Notes under the pieces: generated by a model | Seen by the model: the letters and a program-made list of their open reading frames with translations, nothing else | Databases searched by the model: none | What the model was told of the DNA's origin: nothing | In this document: positions 1-11,718 of the stretch, in pieces | Position numbering within the stretch: the stretch's first letter is position 1 | Layout of the letters: every line of letters begins with the position of its first letter | Program-made: the position numbers and the translations under genes | Source: Burkholderiales bacterium | GTDB lineage: Bacteria; Pseudomonadota; Gammaproteobacteria; Burkholderiales; Burkholderiaceae_C | Direction of reading: 5' to 3' | NCBI GenBank assembly: GCA_003963005.1 | Contig: RXJW01000066.1 | Span: 4,981 to 68,980, forward strand | Length of the DNA stretch: 64,000 bases

Positions 1-2
1 TC

Positions 3-944
3 CTGCCGCTGGCGGTGCTGCTGGTGTGGCTGGCGCTGGCGCGCGGCATCTCGCCGCTCAATGAGCTGCAGCGGCGCATCCGCTCGCGCGAGGCCTCGGA
101 CCTGTCGCCCATCGACGAGCAGCGCGTGCCCGATGAGGTGGCACCGCTCGTGCAGGCCATCAACGACCTGCTGACGCGGCTGGACTCGTCGATGAGCCGG
201 CAGAAGCATTTCCTGGCCGACGCCGCCCACCAGCTCAAGACGCCGCTGGCCGGCCTGCGCACGCAGGCGGAGCTGGTGCAGCGGGAGATCGAGGCGGGGC
301 GCTCGTCGCCCGATGAGTTGAAGCGTTCGCTGTCGCAGATCGCGCGCGCCAGCGAGCGTGCGGCGCACATGGTCAACCAGTTGCTGGCGATGGCGCGCGC
401 CGAGGATGCCGAGCATGCGCTGCGGCGCGAGCCGGTGGATCTGTCGGAGATCGCCATCGACACCGTGCGTGACTTCGTGCCGCGCGCGCTGGAGCGGCGC
501 ATCGACCTCGGTTACGACGGTGTCGTGCCCGATGAAAGCCGGCTGCGCGTGCATGGCCACCCGGTGCTGCTGGGCGAACTGATCCGCAACCTCGTCGACA
601 ACGCCCTGCTCTACACGCCGGCCGGTGGCGTGGTGACGGTGCGCGTCGTGGAGGACCCCTTCGGCCAGGTCGTCGTGCTGCAGGTGGAAGACACCGGCCC
701 GGGCATCCCGCCGGGCGAGCGCGAGAAGGTCTTCCAGCCCTTCTACCGGTCGCTGGGCAGCGGGGTGGAGGGCTCAGGCCTGGGCCTGGCCATCGTGCAG
801 GAGATCGTGCAGCAGCACGACTCGGAACTGACCCTGGACGACACCCGCGTGCGCCGGGCGGCGGGTGGCGAGTCGCCCGATGGCCAGGGGCCGGGCGCGC
901 GCTTCACGATCCGGTTCCCGGCCACAGCCGAAAAGACGGCTTGA
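3..944 (+). CDS. Two-component sensor histidine kinase (QseC/TctE-like), 5' end outside window
   Basis: H-box FLADAAHQLKTPL, N-box NLVDNA, G1 DTGPGI, G2 GSGLGLAIV; frame open to the window start. Confidence 0.9.
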   Translation: MPLAVLLVWLALARGISPLNELQRRIRSREASDLSPIDEQRVPDEVAPLVQAINDLLTRLDSSMSRQKHFLADAAHQLKTPLAGLRTQAELVQREIEAGRSSPDELKRSLSQIARASERAAHMVNQLLAMARAEDAEHALRREPVDLSEIAIDTVRDFVPRALERRIDLGYDGVVPDESRLRVHGHPVLLGELIRNLVDNALLYTPAGGVVTVRVVEDPFGQVVVLQVEDTGPGIPPGEREKVFQPFYRSLGSGVEGSGLGLAIVQEIVQQHDSELTLDDTRVRRAAGGESPDGQGPGARFTIRFPATAEKTA

Positions 945-1003
945 GCGTAGCTTCGCCATCCCCTTGGGGGCCCAAGGTACGCTTTCGGCCGGGGGCTTCA
1001 AGG

Positions 1004-2158
1004 TCAGGTCTTGACGAGCTTCTTGACCCGCGCAATCGACAGCAGCAGGCCGAGCGACAGGCCGAGTGTCACCATCGCCGTGCCACCGTAGCTGATGAAG
1101 GGCAGCGGCACGCCCACGACGGGCAGGATGCCGCTGACCATGCCCATGTTCACGAACACGTAGGTGAAGAACGACAGCGTCACCGCCCCGGCCATCAGCC
1201 GGGTGAACAAAGTCGGTGCCTCGGACGCGATCATCAGCCCGCGCAGGATCAGCGCCGAGAAGCCGATCAGCAGCGCCAGCGCCCCCATCAGGCCGAACTC
1301 TTCGCCGAAGGCCGCGAAGATGAAGTCGGTCGTGCGTTCGGGGATGAACTCCAGGTGGGTCTGCGTGCCCTGCATGAAGCCCTTGCCCGTCACGCCGCCG
1401 GAGCCAATCGCGATCTCGCCCTGGATGATGTGGAAGCCCTTGCCCAGCGGGTCCTTGCTCGGGTCCAGCAGCGTGCAGACGCGGTGCTTCTGGTATTCCT
1501 TGAGCAGCACCCATTGCACGTCCGGCTCGCAGATGTGTTCTTCGCTGGCCACCAGCGCCACGATGCCTGCGGCGCCCAGCACCATCACCGGCAGGATCAG
1601 CCGCCACGGCAGGCCGGCAAAGAAGATGACGTACAGGCCGGCGGCCAGCACCAGCAGCCCGGTGCCGAGGTCGGGTTGCTTGGCGATCAGCAGGAAGGGC
1701 AGCAGCAGCAGCCCGAAGGCGGCGATGAAGTCGGGCCAGCGCAGCAGGCCTTCGCGCTTCTGGAACCACCAGGCGAGCATCAGCGGTGTGCCGATCTTGA
1801 GCAACTCGGACGGCTGGATCTGCGTGATGCCGATATTGAGCCAGCGGGTCGCGCCTTTCTTGGTGACGCCGAACAGCGCAGTGGCGATCAGCAGCGTCAC
1901 GCCGAAGGCGTACAGCGGGATGGCCACCGCCATCAGGCGCTGCGGCGGGATCTGGGCGACGATGAACATGAGGCCGAGGCCGAGCACCATGTTGCGCGCA
2001 TGGTCGACGAATCGCGTGCCGTGGTCATAACCCGCCGAGTACATGCACAGCAGGCCCCAGCCGCAGAGCCAGAACACGGCGATCAGCAGCGGGATGTCGA
2101 AGCCGACGAGCCAGGGCCGGAGCCGGCTCCACAGCGGGGGGCGCTCGATGACGGTCAT
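1004..2158 (-). CDS. rodA: Rod shape-determining SEDS peptidoglycan polymerase RodA
   Basis: IQPSE, QPDLGT, PERTTDFIF, GVPLPFISYGG motifs; directly downstream of mrdA. Confidence 0.97.
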   Translation of the reverse strand: MTVIERPPLWSRLRPWLVGFDIPLLIAVFWLCGWGLLCMYSAGYDHGTRFVDHARNMVLGLGLMFIVAQIPPQRLMAVAIPLYAFGVTLLIATALFGVTKKGATRWLNIGITQIQPSELLKIGTPLMLAWWFQKREGLLRWPDFIAAFGLLLLPFLLIAKQPDLGTGLLVLAAGLYVIFFAGLPWRLILPVMVLGAAGIVALVASEEHICEPDVQWVLLKEYQKHRVCTLLDPSKDPLGKGFHIIQGEIAIGSGGVTGKGFMQGTQTHLEFIPERTTDFIFAAFGEEFGLMGALALLIGFSALILRGLMIASEAPTLFTRLMAGAVTLSFFTYVFVNMGMVSGILPVVGVPLPFISYGGTAMVTLGLSLGLLLSIARVKKLVKT

Positions 2159-4179
2159 CGCGAAGCTCCTGAGGACGGGGCGGCAGCGGCCGTGGCCGAC
2201 GCGGACGACGCCGGTGCGGCCGGCGGCTGCCAGCCCACGAGGGGCACGTCGGCGGCCTTGCGCGGTGTGCCCACGGGCGCGAAGGACTGACCTTTCTGCG
2301 TGAGGGCGATGTCCTCCTCGCTCGGGTACTGGCCCAGCAGCAGGTAGTCGAACACGCGGCGCGCGATCGGCGCCGCCGAGGCCGAGCCCCAGCCGGCGTT
2401 CTCCACGATGACGGCCAGGGCCACCGTGGGTTTGTCCAGCGGCGCGAAGGCGACGTAGAGCGAGTGGTCGCGCTTGCGCTCGTCGGCCTTGATGCTGCTG
2501 TACTTCTCACCGGCCTTCAGGCCCACGGCCTGCGCGGTGCCGGTCTTGCCCCCGCTCTGGTAGGGCGCGCCCAGGAACACCTGGCGCGACGTGCCCTCGA
2601 GCGTGACGCCATTCATCGCGTTGCGGATCACGTCGACATCGGCCGGCTTGAGCGGCAGCGGCTCGCGGGCGTCGCTGGCGATGCGGCGCTGCTGGTGCTT
2701 GACCACGTCTTCGATCTCGCGCACCAGCCGCGGCTTGTAGCGCTGCCCGCCGGACGCGATGGTCGCGTAGGCATTGGCCAGCTGCAGCATCGTGAAGCTG
2801 TTGTAGCCCTGGCCGATGCCCAGCGAGATGGTCTCACCGGCAAACCACTTCTGGTTGGCCGGGCTCTTGCGGAAGTAGTTGCGCTTCCATTCCTGGGAGG
2901 GCAGCACGCCGGTCACTTCGCCCTGCACGTCGATCTCGGTCTTGCTGCCCAGGCCGAAGGGTGCGAGCTGGTCGTGGATCAGGTCCACGCCCATCTCGTT
3001 GGCGAGGCTGTAGAAGTAGACGTTGGACGAGGAGACGATGGCCAGCCGCATGTCCTTGGGCCCGGCCCGGTCGGTCTCGGGGCTGCCGAAGGTGCGGCCG
3101 CCGAAGCTGTAGGTCAGGTTGTCCATGATGACCGTGCCGGGGGCGCGCTTGCCGCTGTTCAGCGCGGCCATGGCCATCAGCGGCTTGAAGGTGGAGCCCG
3201 GCGGGTAGGTGCCGCGCAGCGCTCGGTTCAGCAGTGGTTTGTCGATGTCTTCGTTGAGCTCGCGCCAGGCCTCGGCGTCGATGCCGTCGACGAAGAGGTT
3301 GGGGTCGAAGGTGGGTTTGGAGACGAAGGCCAGCACCTCGCCGTTGCGCGGGTCGATGGCCACCAGCGCGCCGCGCCGCTCGCCGAAGAGGCGCTCCACC
3401 AAAGCCTGCAGCTTGATGTCCACCGACAGGTTCAGCGTGTTGCCCGGCGTGGGCGGGCGGTGGTCGAGCCGGCGCACCGCGCGGCCACCGGCGCTCGTCT
3501 CGACCTGCTCGAAACCGGTGGTGCCGTGCAGTTCCTTCTCGTAGGCCTGCTCCAGGCCCAGCTTGCCGATGTACTCGGTGCCGCGGTAGTTGGCGAGGTC
3601 TTCTTCCTCCCACTCGTCCATCTGCTTCTTCTCGGCCTGGTTGATGCGGCCGATGTAGCCGATCAGGTGCGAGCCGACGTCGCCCAGCGGGTAGGAGCGG
3701 AACAGCCGGGCCTTGATTTCCACGCCGGGGAAGCGGAAGCGCTGCGCGGTGAAGCGGGCGACTTCCTCGTCGGTGAGCTTGGTGCGGATGGGCAGGGAAT
3801 CGGTGTGCTTGGCTTCGTCCAGCAGGCGCTTGAAGCGGCGCTTGTCGCGGGCCTGGATCTCGATGACCTGGCCGAGGGCCTCGATCGTGCCGTCCAGGTC
3901 GGTGACCTTCTCGGGGTTGATCTCGAGCGTGTAGGCCGAGTAGTTGCTCGCCAGCACCACACCGTTGCGGTCCTTGATCAGGCCGCGGTTGGGCACGATG
4001 GGCACGACCGCGATGCGGTTGGACTCGGCGCGCTCGGCAAAGCTGTCGTACTGCGCCACCTGCAGCCACAGCAGCCGCGCCAGCAGCAGCCCGAAGCAGA
4101 ACAGCACGAAGGCGCCGGCCGCCAGCACCCGCAGGCGAAAGCGCGCGAGCTCCTGGTGGAGGTTCTTCAGGACGACCAC
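2155..4179 (-). CDS. mrdA: Penicillin-binding protein 2
   Basis: N-terminal TM; STFK, SSN and KTG transpeptidase motifs; mre operon context. Confidence 0.97.
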   Translation of the reverse strand: MVVLKNLHQELARFRLRVLAAGAFVLFCFGLLLARLLWLQVAQYDSFAERAESNRIAVVPIVPNRGLIKDRNGVVLASNYSAYTLEINPEKVTDLDGTIEALGQVIEIQARDKRRFKRLLDEAKHTDSLPIRTKLTDEEVARFTAQRFRFPGVEIKARLFRSYPLGDVGSHLIGYIGRINQAEKKQMDEWEEEDLANYRGTEYIGKLGLEQAYEKELHGTTGFEQVETSAGGRAVRRLDHRPPTPGNTLNLSVDIKLQALVERLFGERRGALVAIDPRNGEVLAFVSKPTFDPNLFVDGIDAEAWRELNEDIDKPLLNRALRGTYPPGSTFKPLMAMAALNSGKRAPGTVIMDNLTYSFGGRTFGSPETDRAGPKDMRLAIVSSSNVYFYSLANEMGVDLIHDQLAPFGLGSKTEIDVQGEVTGVLPSQEWKRNYFRKSPANQKWFAGETISLGIGQGYNSFTMLQLANAYATIASGGQRYKPRLVREIEDVVKHQQRRIASDAREPLPLKPADVDVIRNAMNGVTLEGTSRQVFLGAPYQSGGKTGTAQAVGLKAGEKYSSIKADERKRDHSLYVAFAPLDKPTVALAVIVENAGWGSASAAPIARRVFDYLLLGQYPSEEDIALTQKGQSFAPVGTPRKAADVPLVGWQPPAAPASSASATAAAAPSSGASR

Positions 4180-4194
4180 GGGCGGCTCGGGTGG

Positions 4195-4716
4195 CTAGAG
4201 GGGGCGGTGCGCATCGCGGTCCGGCGCGCGGCGCTGCGGGGCCAGCAGCAGCACGCTGGCCAGCGGCCACAGCGCGGCCTCGAAGATGGGGGCCAGCAGC
4301 ACCGTCCAGCCGGGCCACATGCCACCCACGATCAGCCGCACGATCAGCGACAGCGCATGCGCCGCGAAGAACAGCGGCAGGATCTGCACCGCCTGTGCGC
4401 CCAGCGGGAACCAGGTCAGGCGCCGGTGCAGCGTGATCGCGCCGAAGCTCAGGCCGCTGTAGGCCAGCGCATGCTGGCCGAGCAGGGCGCCATCGTGCAC
4501 GTCGATCAGCAGCCCGAAGATGAATGCCCACAGCACCCCGACGCGGCGCGGCTGGTGCACGCCCCAGAACACGAGCACCACCGCCAGCACGTCCGGCATC
4601 GCGGCAAGACGCCCGGCGGGCACCATGTCGATCATCAGCGCGACGACGAGCGTGAGGCCGATGAACCAGGGGTTGGCGGGCAGCAGCAGCTGGCCGGCGG
4701 CACGCGGCATGATCAT
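4195..4716 (-). CDS. mreD: Rod shape-determining protein MreD
   Basis: MIMPRAAGQLLLPAN..., hydrophobic, DVHDGALLGQHALAY; ATG overlaps the mreC stop (ATGA). Confidence 0.93.
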   Translation of the reverse strand: MIMPRAAGQLLLPANPWFIGLTLVVALMIDMVPAGRLAAMPDVLAVVLVFWGVHQPRRVGVLWAFIFGLLIDVHDGALLGQHALAYSGLSFGAITLHRRLTWFPLGAQAVQILPLFFAAHALSLIVRLIVGGMWPGWTVLLAPIFEAALWPLASVLLLAPQRRAPDRDAHRPL

Positions 4717-5705
4717 GGCGCGGCTCCCGAGGCTTTCGCGGCGGCCTTGTCGGCTTTCTCCGCCTTCTTGGCCGCACGGGCGGCCGCCTTGGCCGCAGCG
4801 GTGGTGGCGGCTTCCTCGGCGGCGGCCTTCTCGGCCTCCTTCCTGGCCGCCAGATGCCGGTCGTGCGGCAGCAGCACGAGCACGTGACGTGCGCTGTCCG
4901 GCTGGGCGATGGGTGCGAGCTGGACCTGCGCGAAGCTGGAGTCGCCGCGCCGCTCGACGGCGGCAACCTTCGCGACCGGCAGGCCCGGCGGGTAGACGCC
5001 GTCCAGGCCCGACGTGGTCATCAGGTCGCCCACCTTGATGTCGGCATTGGCCGCGAGAAAGCGCAGCTCCATGCCACTGCCGTCCGGTCGGCCGGCAGCG
5101 GCATTGCGCATCTGCGTGCGGGCGTTGAGCAGCGGGATGGCGGCGTCCTTGTCGGTCAGCAGCGTGACTTCGCTGGAGAGCGGGTAGACCCGCGTCACCT
5201 GGCCCAGCACGCCGGCTTCGTTGATGACGGGCGAGCCGGCGACGACGCCTTGTGTCGCGCCGCGGTCGATGACGACGCGCCGGGAGTACGGGTCCGGCGC
5301 CTCGTACAACACCTCCGCGGCCAGGGAGGGCACGTTCAGCGACGGCTGCAGGCCCAGCAGCTTGCGCAGCCGTTCGTTCTCGGCCTGCAGCGCCTCGGCG
5401 CGCGACAGCCGCTCGGCCTGCAGTGCGAGCTGCCGGCGGGCGAGGTCTTCGGCCTGCATCGCGCGCTGCGTGCCGCGCAGGTAGTCGGCCGCGGACTCCC
5501 AGGCATCCACCGGCGCCAGCAGCAAGCGCTGCACCGGATGCAGTACGAGCGCCAGCGCGGCGCGTGCCGGCTGCATGAGCTTGAAGCGGGCGTCCGCCAC
5601 CATCAGCAGCAGCGCGAGCGCCGAGCACAGCGCGAGCTTGGTCAGCGCCGACGGACCTTGGCGAAAGAACGGGGGTGGAGAGCGATCCAGGGTGCCGAGC
5701 GGCAT
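4713..5705 (-). CDS. mreC: Rod shape-determining protein MreC
   Basis: PPPFFRQG N-terminus, coiled coil, TSGLDGVYPPGLPVA motif; Ala/Lys-rich tail. Confidence 0.96.
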   Translation of the reverse strand: MPLGTLDRSPPPFFRQGPSALTKLALCSALALLLMVADARFKLMQPARAALALVLHPVQRLLLAPVDAWESAADYLRGTQRAMQAEDLARRQLALQAERLSRAEALQAENERLRKLLGLQPSLNVPSLAAEVLYEAPDPYSRRVVIDRGATQGVVAGSPVINEAGVLGQVTRVYPLSSEVTLLTDKDAAIPLLNARTQMRNAAAGRPDGSGMELRFLAANADIKVGDLMTTSGLDGVYPPGLPVAKVAAVERRGDSSFAQVQLAPIAQPDSARHVLVLLPHDRHLAARKEAEKAAAEEAATTAAAKAAARAAKKAEKADKAAAKASGAAP

Positions 5706-5740
5706 GGCTTGCTGCGCGGCCCGAGGCCGCTACCTTGGGG

Positions 5741-6973
<1,233 letters not shown>

Positions 6974-6992
6974 TTACATCTGAAAACCCTTC

Positions 6993-7288
6993 ATGAGCCT
7001 CACCCCTGACGACGTGAGCCGCATCGCCCACCTGGCCCGGCTGGAATTGCAGCCGGCCGAATCCGAGGCGCTGCTGGGCAACCTGAACGATTTCTTCAAG
7101 ATCGTGGACCAGATGAGCGCCGTCGACACGGCGGGCATCGAGCCGCTGTACACGCCGCTGTCGGCCATCCAGCAGGTGCAGCTGCGCCTGCGGGACGATG
7201 CCGTCACCGAGAGCAATCAGCGCGAGCGCAACCAGCAAAGCGCCCCGGCCGTGGAAGACGGCCTCTTCCTCGTTCCCAAGGTCATCGA

Positions 7289-7292
<4 letters not shown>
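6993..7292 (+). CDS. gatC: Asp/Glu-tRNA amidotransferase subunit C
   Basis: IAHLARL...LRLRDD...FLVPKVIE; first gene of gatCAB. Confidence 0.97.
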
Positions 7293-8779
<1,487 letters not shown>

Positions 8780-8780
8780 T

Positions 8781-10229
8781 ATGCCCACTTCGCAACTCAT
8801 CCGCGGTTATGAGGTCGTCATCGGCCTTGAAAACCACGTCCAGCTCTCCACGCAGAGCAAGATCTTCAGCGGCAGTTCCACCGCCTTCGGCGCCGAGCCC
8901 AACACCCAGGCCTCGCCCGTGGACCTCGCCCTGCCCGGCACGCTGCCGGTGCTGAACCGCGCGGCGGTCGAGCGGGCCATCCGATTCGGCCTGGCCGTGG
9001 GTGCCAAGGTGGCACCGCTGTCCATCTTCGCCCGCAAGAACTACTTCTACCCCGACCTGCCCAAGGGCTACCAGATCAGCCAGTTCGAGATCCCGGTCGT
9101 GCAGGGTGGTGCGGTGGAGTTCTTCGTCGGTGACGTCAAGCACAAGGTCAACCTGACCCGGGCCCACCTCGAGGAAGACGCGGGCAAGAGCCTGCACGAG
9201 GATTACCACGGCCAGTCGGGTATCGACCTGAACCGCGCCGGCACGCCGCTGCTGGAGATCGTGTCGGAGCCCGACATGCGCTCGGCCCAGGAAGCCGCCG
9301 AGTACGCCAAGACGCTGCACGCCCTGGTCATGTGGCTGGGCATCTGCGACGGCAACATGCAGGAAGGCAGCTTCCGCTGCGACGTGAACGTCTCGGTGCG
9401 CAAGCCGGGCGAGCCCTTCGGCACGCGCCGCGAGATCAAGAACCTCAACAGCTTCCGCTTCCTCGTCGACGCGGTGAACTACGAGGTCAACTGGCAGATC
9501 GACGAGATCGAGGACGGCCGCAAGATCCAGCAGGCCACCGTCCTCTACAACCCGGACACCGGCGAGACCCGCGCGATGCGCAGCAAGGAAGACTCGGCCG
9601 ACTACCGCTACTTCCCCGATCCGGACCTGCCGCCGCTCGTCATCGCGCCAGAGTGGGTGGAGCGTGTGAAGGCCGAGATGCCCGAGCTGCCGTCGGTGAT
9701 GGCGGCGCGCTTCGAGAGCGTGGACGGCCTGCCCGCCTATGACGCGACGATGATGACCCAGAGCCTGGCCACGGCCCGCTACTACGAGGCCGCCAAGGCC
9801 GCGGGCGCGACGCCCAAGCTGGTCGCGAACTGGGTCATGGGCGAGATCAGCAAGCGCCTGAATGCCTCGGGCGCCGAGATCGACACCGCACCGGTCGGCC
9901 CCGAACTGCTGGCCAGGCTCATCGCCCGCATCAGTGACGGCACCATCTCCAACAACGCCGCCAAGCAGGTGTTCGAGGCGCTGTGGAGCGGCGAGTCCGC
10001 CGACGTCGATGTCGTGATCGAGTCCAAGGGCCTCAAGCAGGTCAGCGACACCGGCGCCATCGAGGCCATCCTGGACGAGGTGCTGGCGGCCAACCCGAAG
10101 TCGGTGGAGGAGTACCGCGCCGGCAAGGACAAGGCCTTCAACGCGCTGGTCGGCCAGGCCATGAAGGCCACCAAGGGCAAGGCCAACCCGGCTCTCGTGA
10201 ACGAGCTGCTGAAGAAGAAGCTGGGCTGA
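8781..10229 (+). CDS. gatB: Asp/Glu-tRNA amidotransferase subunit B
   Basis: [35 protein letters not shown]. Confidence 0.98.
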   Translation: MPTSQLIRGYEVVIGLENHVQLSTQSKIFSGSSTAFGAEPNTQASPVDLALPGTLPVLNRAAVERAIRFGLAVGAKVAPLSIFARKNYFYPDLPKGYQISQFEIPVVQGGAVEFFVGDVKHKVNLTRAHLEEDAGKSLHEDYHGQSGIDLNRAGTPLLEIVSEPDMRSAQEAAEYAKTLHALVMWLGICDGNMQEGSFRCDVNVSVRKPGEPFGTRREIKNLNSFRFLVDAVNYEVNWQIDEIEDGRKIQQATVLYNPDTGETRAMRSKEDSADYRYFPDPDLPPLVIAPEWVERVKAEMPELPSVMAARFESVDGLPAYDATMMTQSLATARYYEAAKAAGATPKLVANWVMGEISKRLNASGAEIDTAPVGPELLARLIARISDGTISNNAAKQVFEALWSGESADVDVVIESKGLKQVSDTGAIEAILDEVLAANPKSVEEYRAGKDKAFNALVGQAMKATKGKANPALVNELLKKKLG

Positions 10230-10262
10230 TGCCGCAGCGCCGGGCCGGTGGGCCTGGCGCGT

Positions 10263-10946
10263 TCAGCGCTTGGGCGCGGCGGCAGGCGCTGCGGGCTGCA
10301 TCTCGGCGGGCGCCGGCAACGTGCCGGGTGCGGTTCCCGACCACAGCTTGCGCAGGTGCGCCAGCTCGGCGTCGAAGCCCTTGTTGATGCGCACCAGCTC
10401 GGCCTTCTGGTTCTCGATCAGCACGTGCTGGGCCTCGATCGCGGCGTCGTTCAGGTCCAGCGACTGCTTGAGCTTGGCCGGCAGCGGCTTGCCCTTGTAG
10501 AACTCGGCCTCGTCCAGCAGCGGCTTGCGCTCGGCGGCGAGGTCCTTCACGCGCCGCTCCGAGATGCGCATGGCCTTGGTCGCATCGTCCAGCGCCGCCA
10601 CGCGCGCGCGCTGGTGCGCGGCTTCGTTCGGGTAGCGCTGAACCAGGCTGCGATCACGCCGGATGGCATCCAGCTGCGCCAGGCGCTCGGCGGCGGCACG
10701 GCGGTCGGCCGCCTCCTTGGCGGCGCGCTCCTCGGGGCTCAGGAAGGGCGGCAGGGTGCTGCGCTGCGAGCCGTCCGGGTTCAGCACGCGCTGCTCGCGC
10801 GCCGTGCATTCGGCAATCGGCCGGTCACTGGTGAGCTTGCGGCCGTCGGCGGTCGTGCAGCTGTAGATGCCCTTGGCGGGCGTGACGTCCTGCGCCAGGG
10901 TGGCACTGGCCATCAGCACGCCGGCAGCGAAGGGCAGGATGCGCAT
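10263..10946 (-). CDS. Exported DUF4124-like protein with coiled-coil C-terminus
   Basis: Signal peptide, IYSCTTADGRKLTSDRP motif; ATG overlaps the pyrE stop (TGATG). Confidence 0.75.
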   Translation of the reverse strand: MRILPFAAGVLMASATLAQDVTPAKGIYSCTTADGRKLTSDRPIAECTAREQRVLNPDGSQRSTLPPFLSPEERAAKEAADRRAAAERLAQLDAIRRDRSLVQRYPNEAAHQRARVAALDDATKAMRISERRVKDLAAERKPLLDEAEFYKGKPLPAKLKQSLDLNDAAIEAQHVLIENQKAELVRINKGFDAELAHLRKLWSGTAPGTLPAPAEMQPAAPAAAPKR

Positions 10947-11614
10947 CAGACTCCGTAGCGTTCGCGGTAGGCCAGCACGGCCGGGCGATGCGCTGCCAGC
11001 GCCGGCGTGCCGTCCAGGTAGGCCAGCAGGTCGGCCAGCCCCGCGACGGCCACGACCGGCAGGCCATAGCGCTCCTGCACCTGCTGCACGGCCGACAGCG
11101 GGCTGTCGACGCCGGCTTCCGCCGCCTTCTCCTGGCGGTCCAGCGCGATGGCCACGCCGCAGGGGGTGGCGCCGGCCGCTTCGATCATCTGGATGGACTC
11201 GCGCACCGAGGTGCCCGCGGAGATGACGTCGTCGATGATGAGCACGCGGCCTTTCACCGGGGCGCCGACCAGCGTGCCGCCTTCGCCATGGTCCTTGGCT
11301 TCCTTGCGGTTGTAGGCGAACGGCAGGTTGTGCCCGCGGCGTGCGAGTTCCATCGAGACAGCCGCAGCCAGCGTGATGCCCTTGTACGCCGGGCCGAAGA
11401 TCATGTCGAAGGCCAGGCCCGAGGCGATCAGCCGCTCGGCGTAGAAACCGGCCAGCCGGCCGAGCTTGGCGCCGTCGTCGAACAGGCCGGCATTGAAGAA
11501 GTAGGGGCTCAGCCGCCCGGCCTTGGTCTTGAACTCGCCGAACCGCAGCACACCGGCCTCCACGGCAAAGGCAACGAAGGACTGGGCGAGGGCGTCGGTG
11601 GGCGCGGCGGACAT
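10946..11614 (-). CDS. pyrE: Orotate phosphoribosyltransferase
   Basis: KAGRLSPYFFNAG, FGPAYKGI, NRKEAKDHGEGG, IIDDVISAGTS. Confidence 0.98.
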   Translation of the reverse strand: MSAAPTDALAQSFVAFAVEAGVLRFGEFKTKAGRLSPYFFNAGLFDDGAKLGRLAGFYAERLIASGLAFDMIFGPAYKGITLAAAVSMELARRGHNLPFAYNRKEAKDHGEGGTLVGAPVKGRVLIIDDVISAGTSVRESIQMIEAAGATPCGVAIALDRQEKAAEAGVDSPLSAVQQVQERYGLPVVAVAGLADLLAYLDGTPALAAHRPAVLAYRERYGV

Positions 11615-11634
11615 GGCTGCCGATTCTAGGGGTC

Positions 11635-11672
11635 AAAAAAACCGGCCTGCCCCCCAAGAAGGAGCAGGCCGG
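11635..11672 (-). terminator. Intrinsic terminator after the TonB receptor gene
   Basis: Stem CCGGCCTGC/GCAGGCCGG followed by a T7 tract on the minus strand; a second hairpin GGTGGCCGC-N4-GCGGCCACC at 11691-11712. Confidence 0.8.
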
Positions 11673-11718
11673 CCGGTGGTTTTCACCAGGGGTGGCCGCG
11701 TGAGCGGCCACCGCAGGA

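Noticed and set aside
944-985. Hairpin between the convergent kinase and rodA genes
   Set aside because: Short stem (CCTTGG/CCAAGG) without a U-tract; at most an ordinary terminator-like structure.
4713-4850. Ala/Lys-rich MreC tail resembling a histone-like domain
   Set aside because: Low-complexity C-terminal tails are common in MreC; no further support.
2464-4966. Long alternative-frame ORFs over mrdA/mreD (807 and 710 aa)
   Set aside because: Shadow ORFs typical of high-GC coding DNA; Arg/Pro-rich or antisense with no family motifs.
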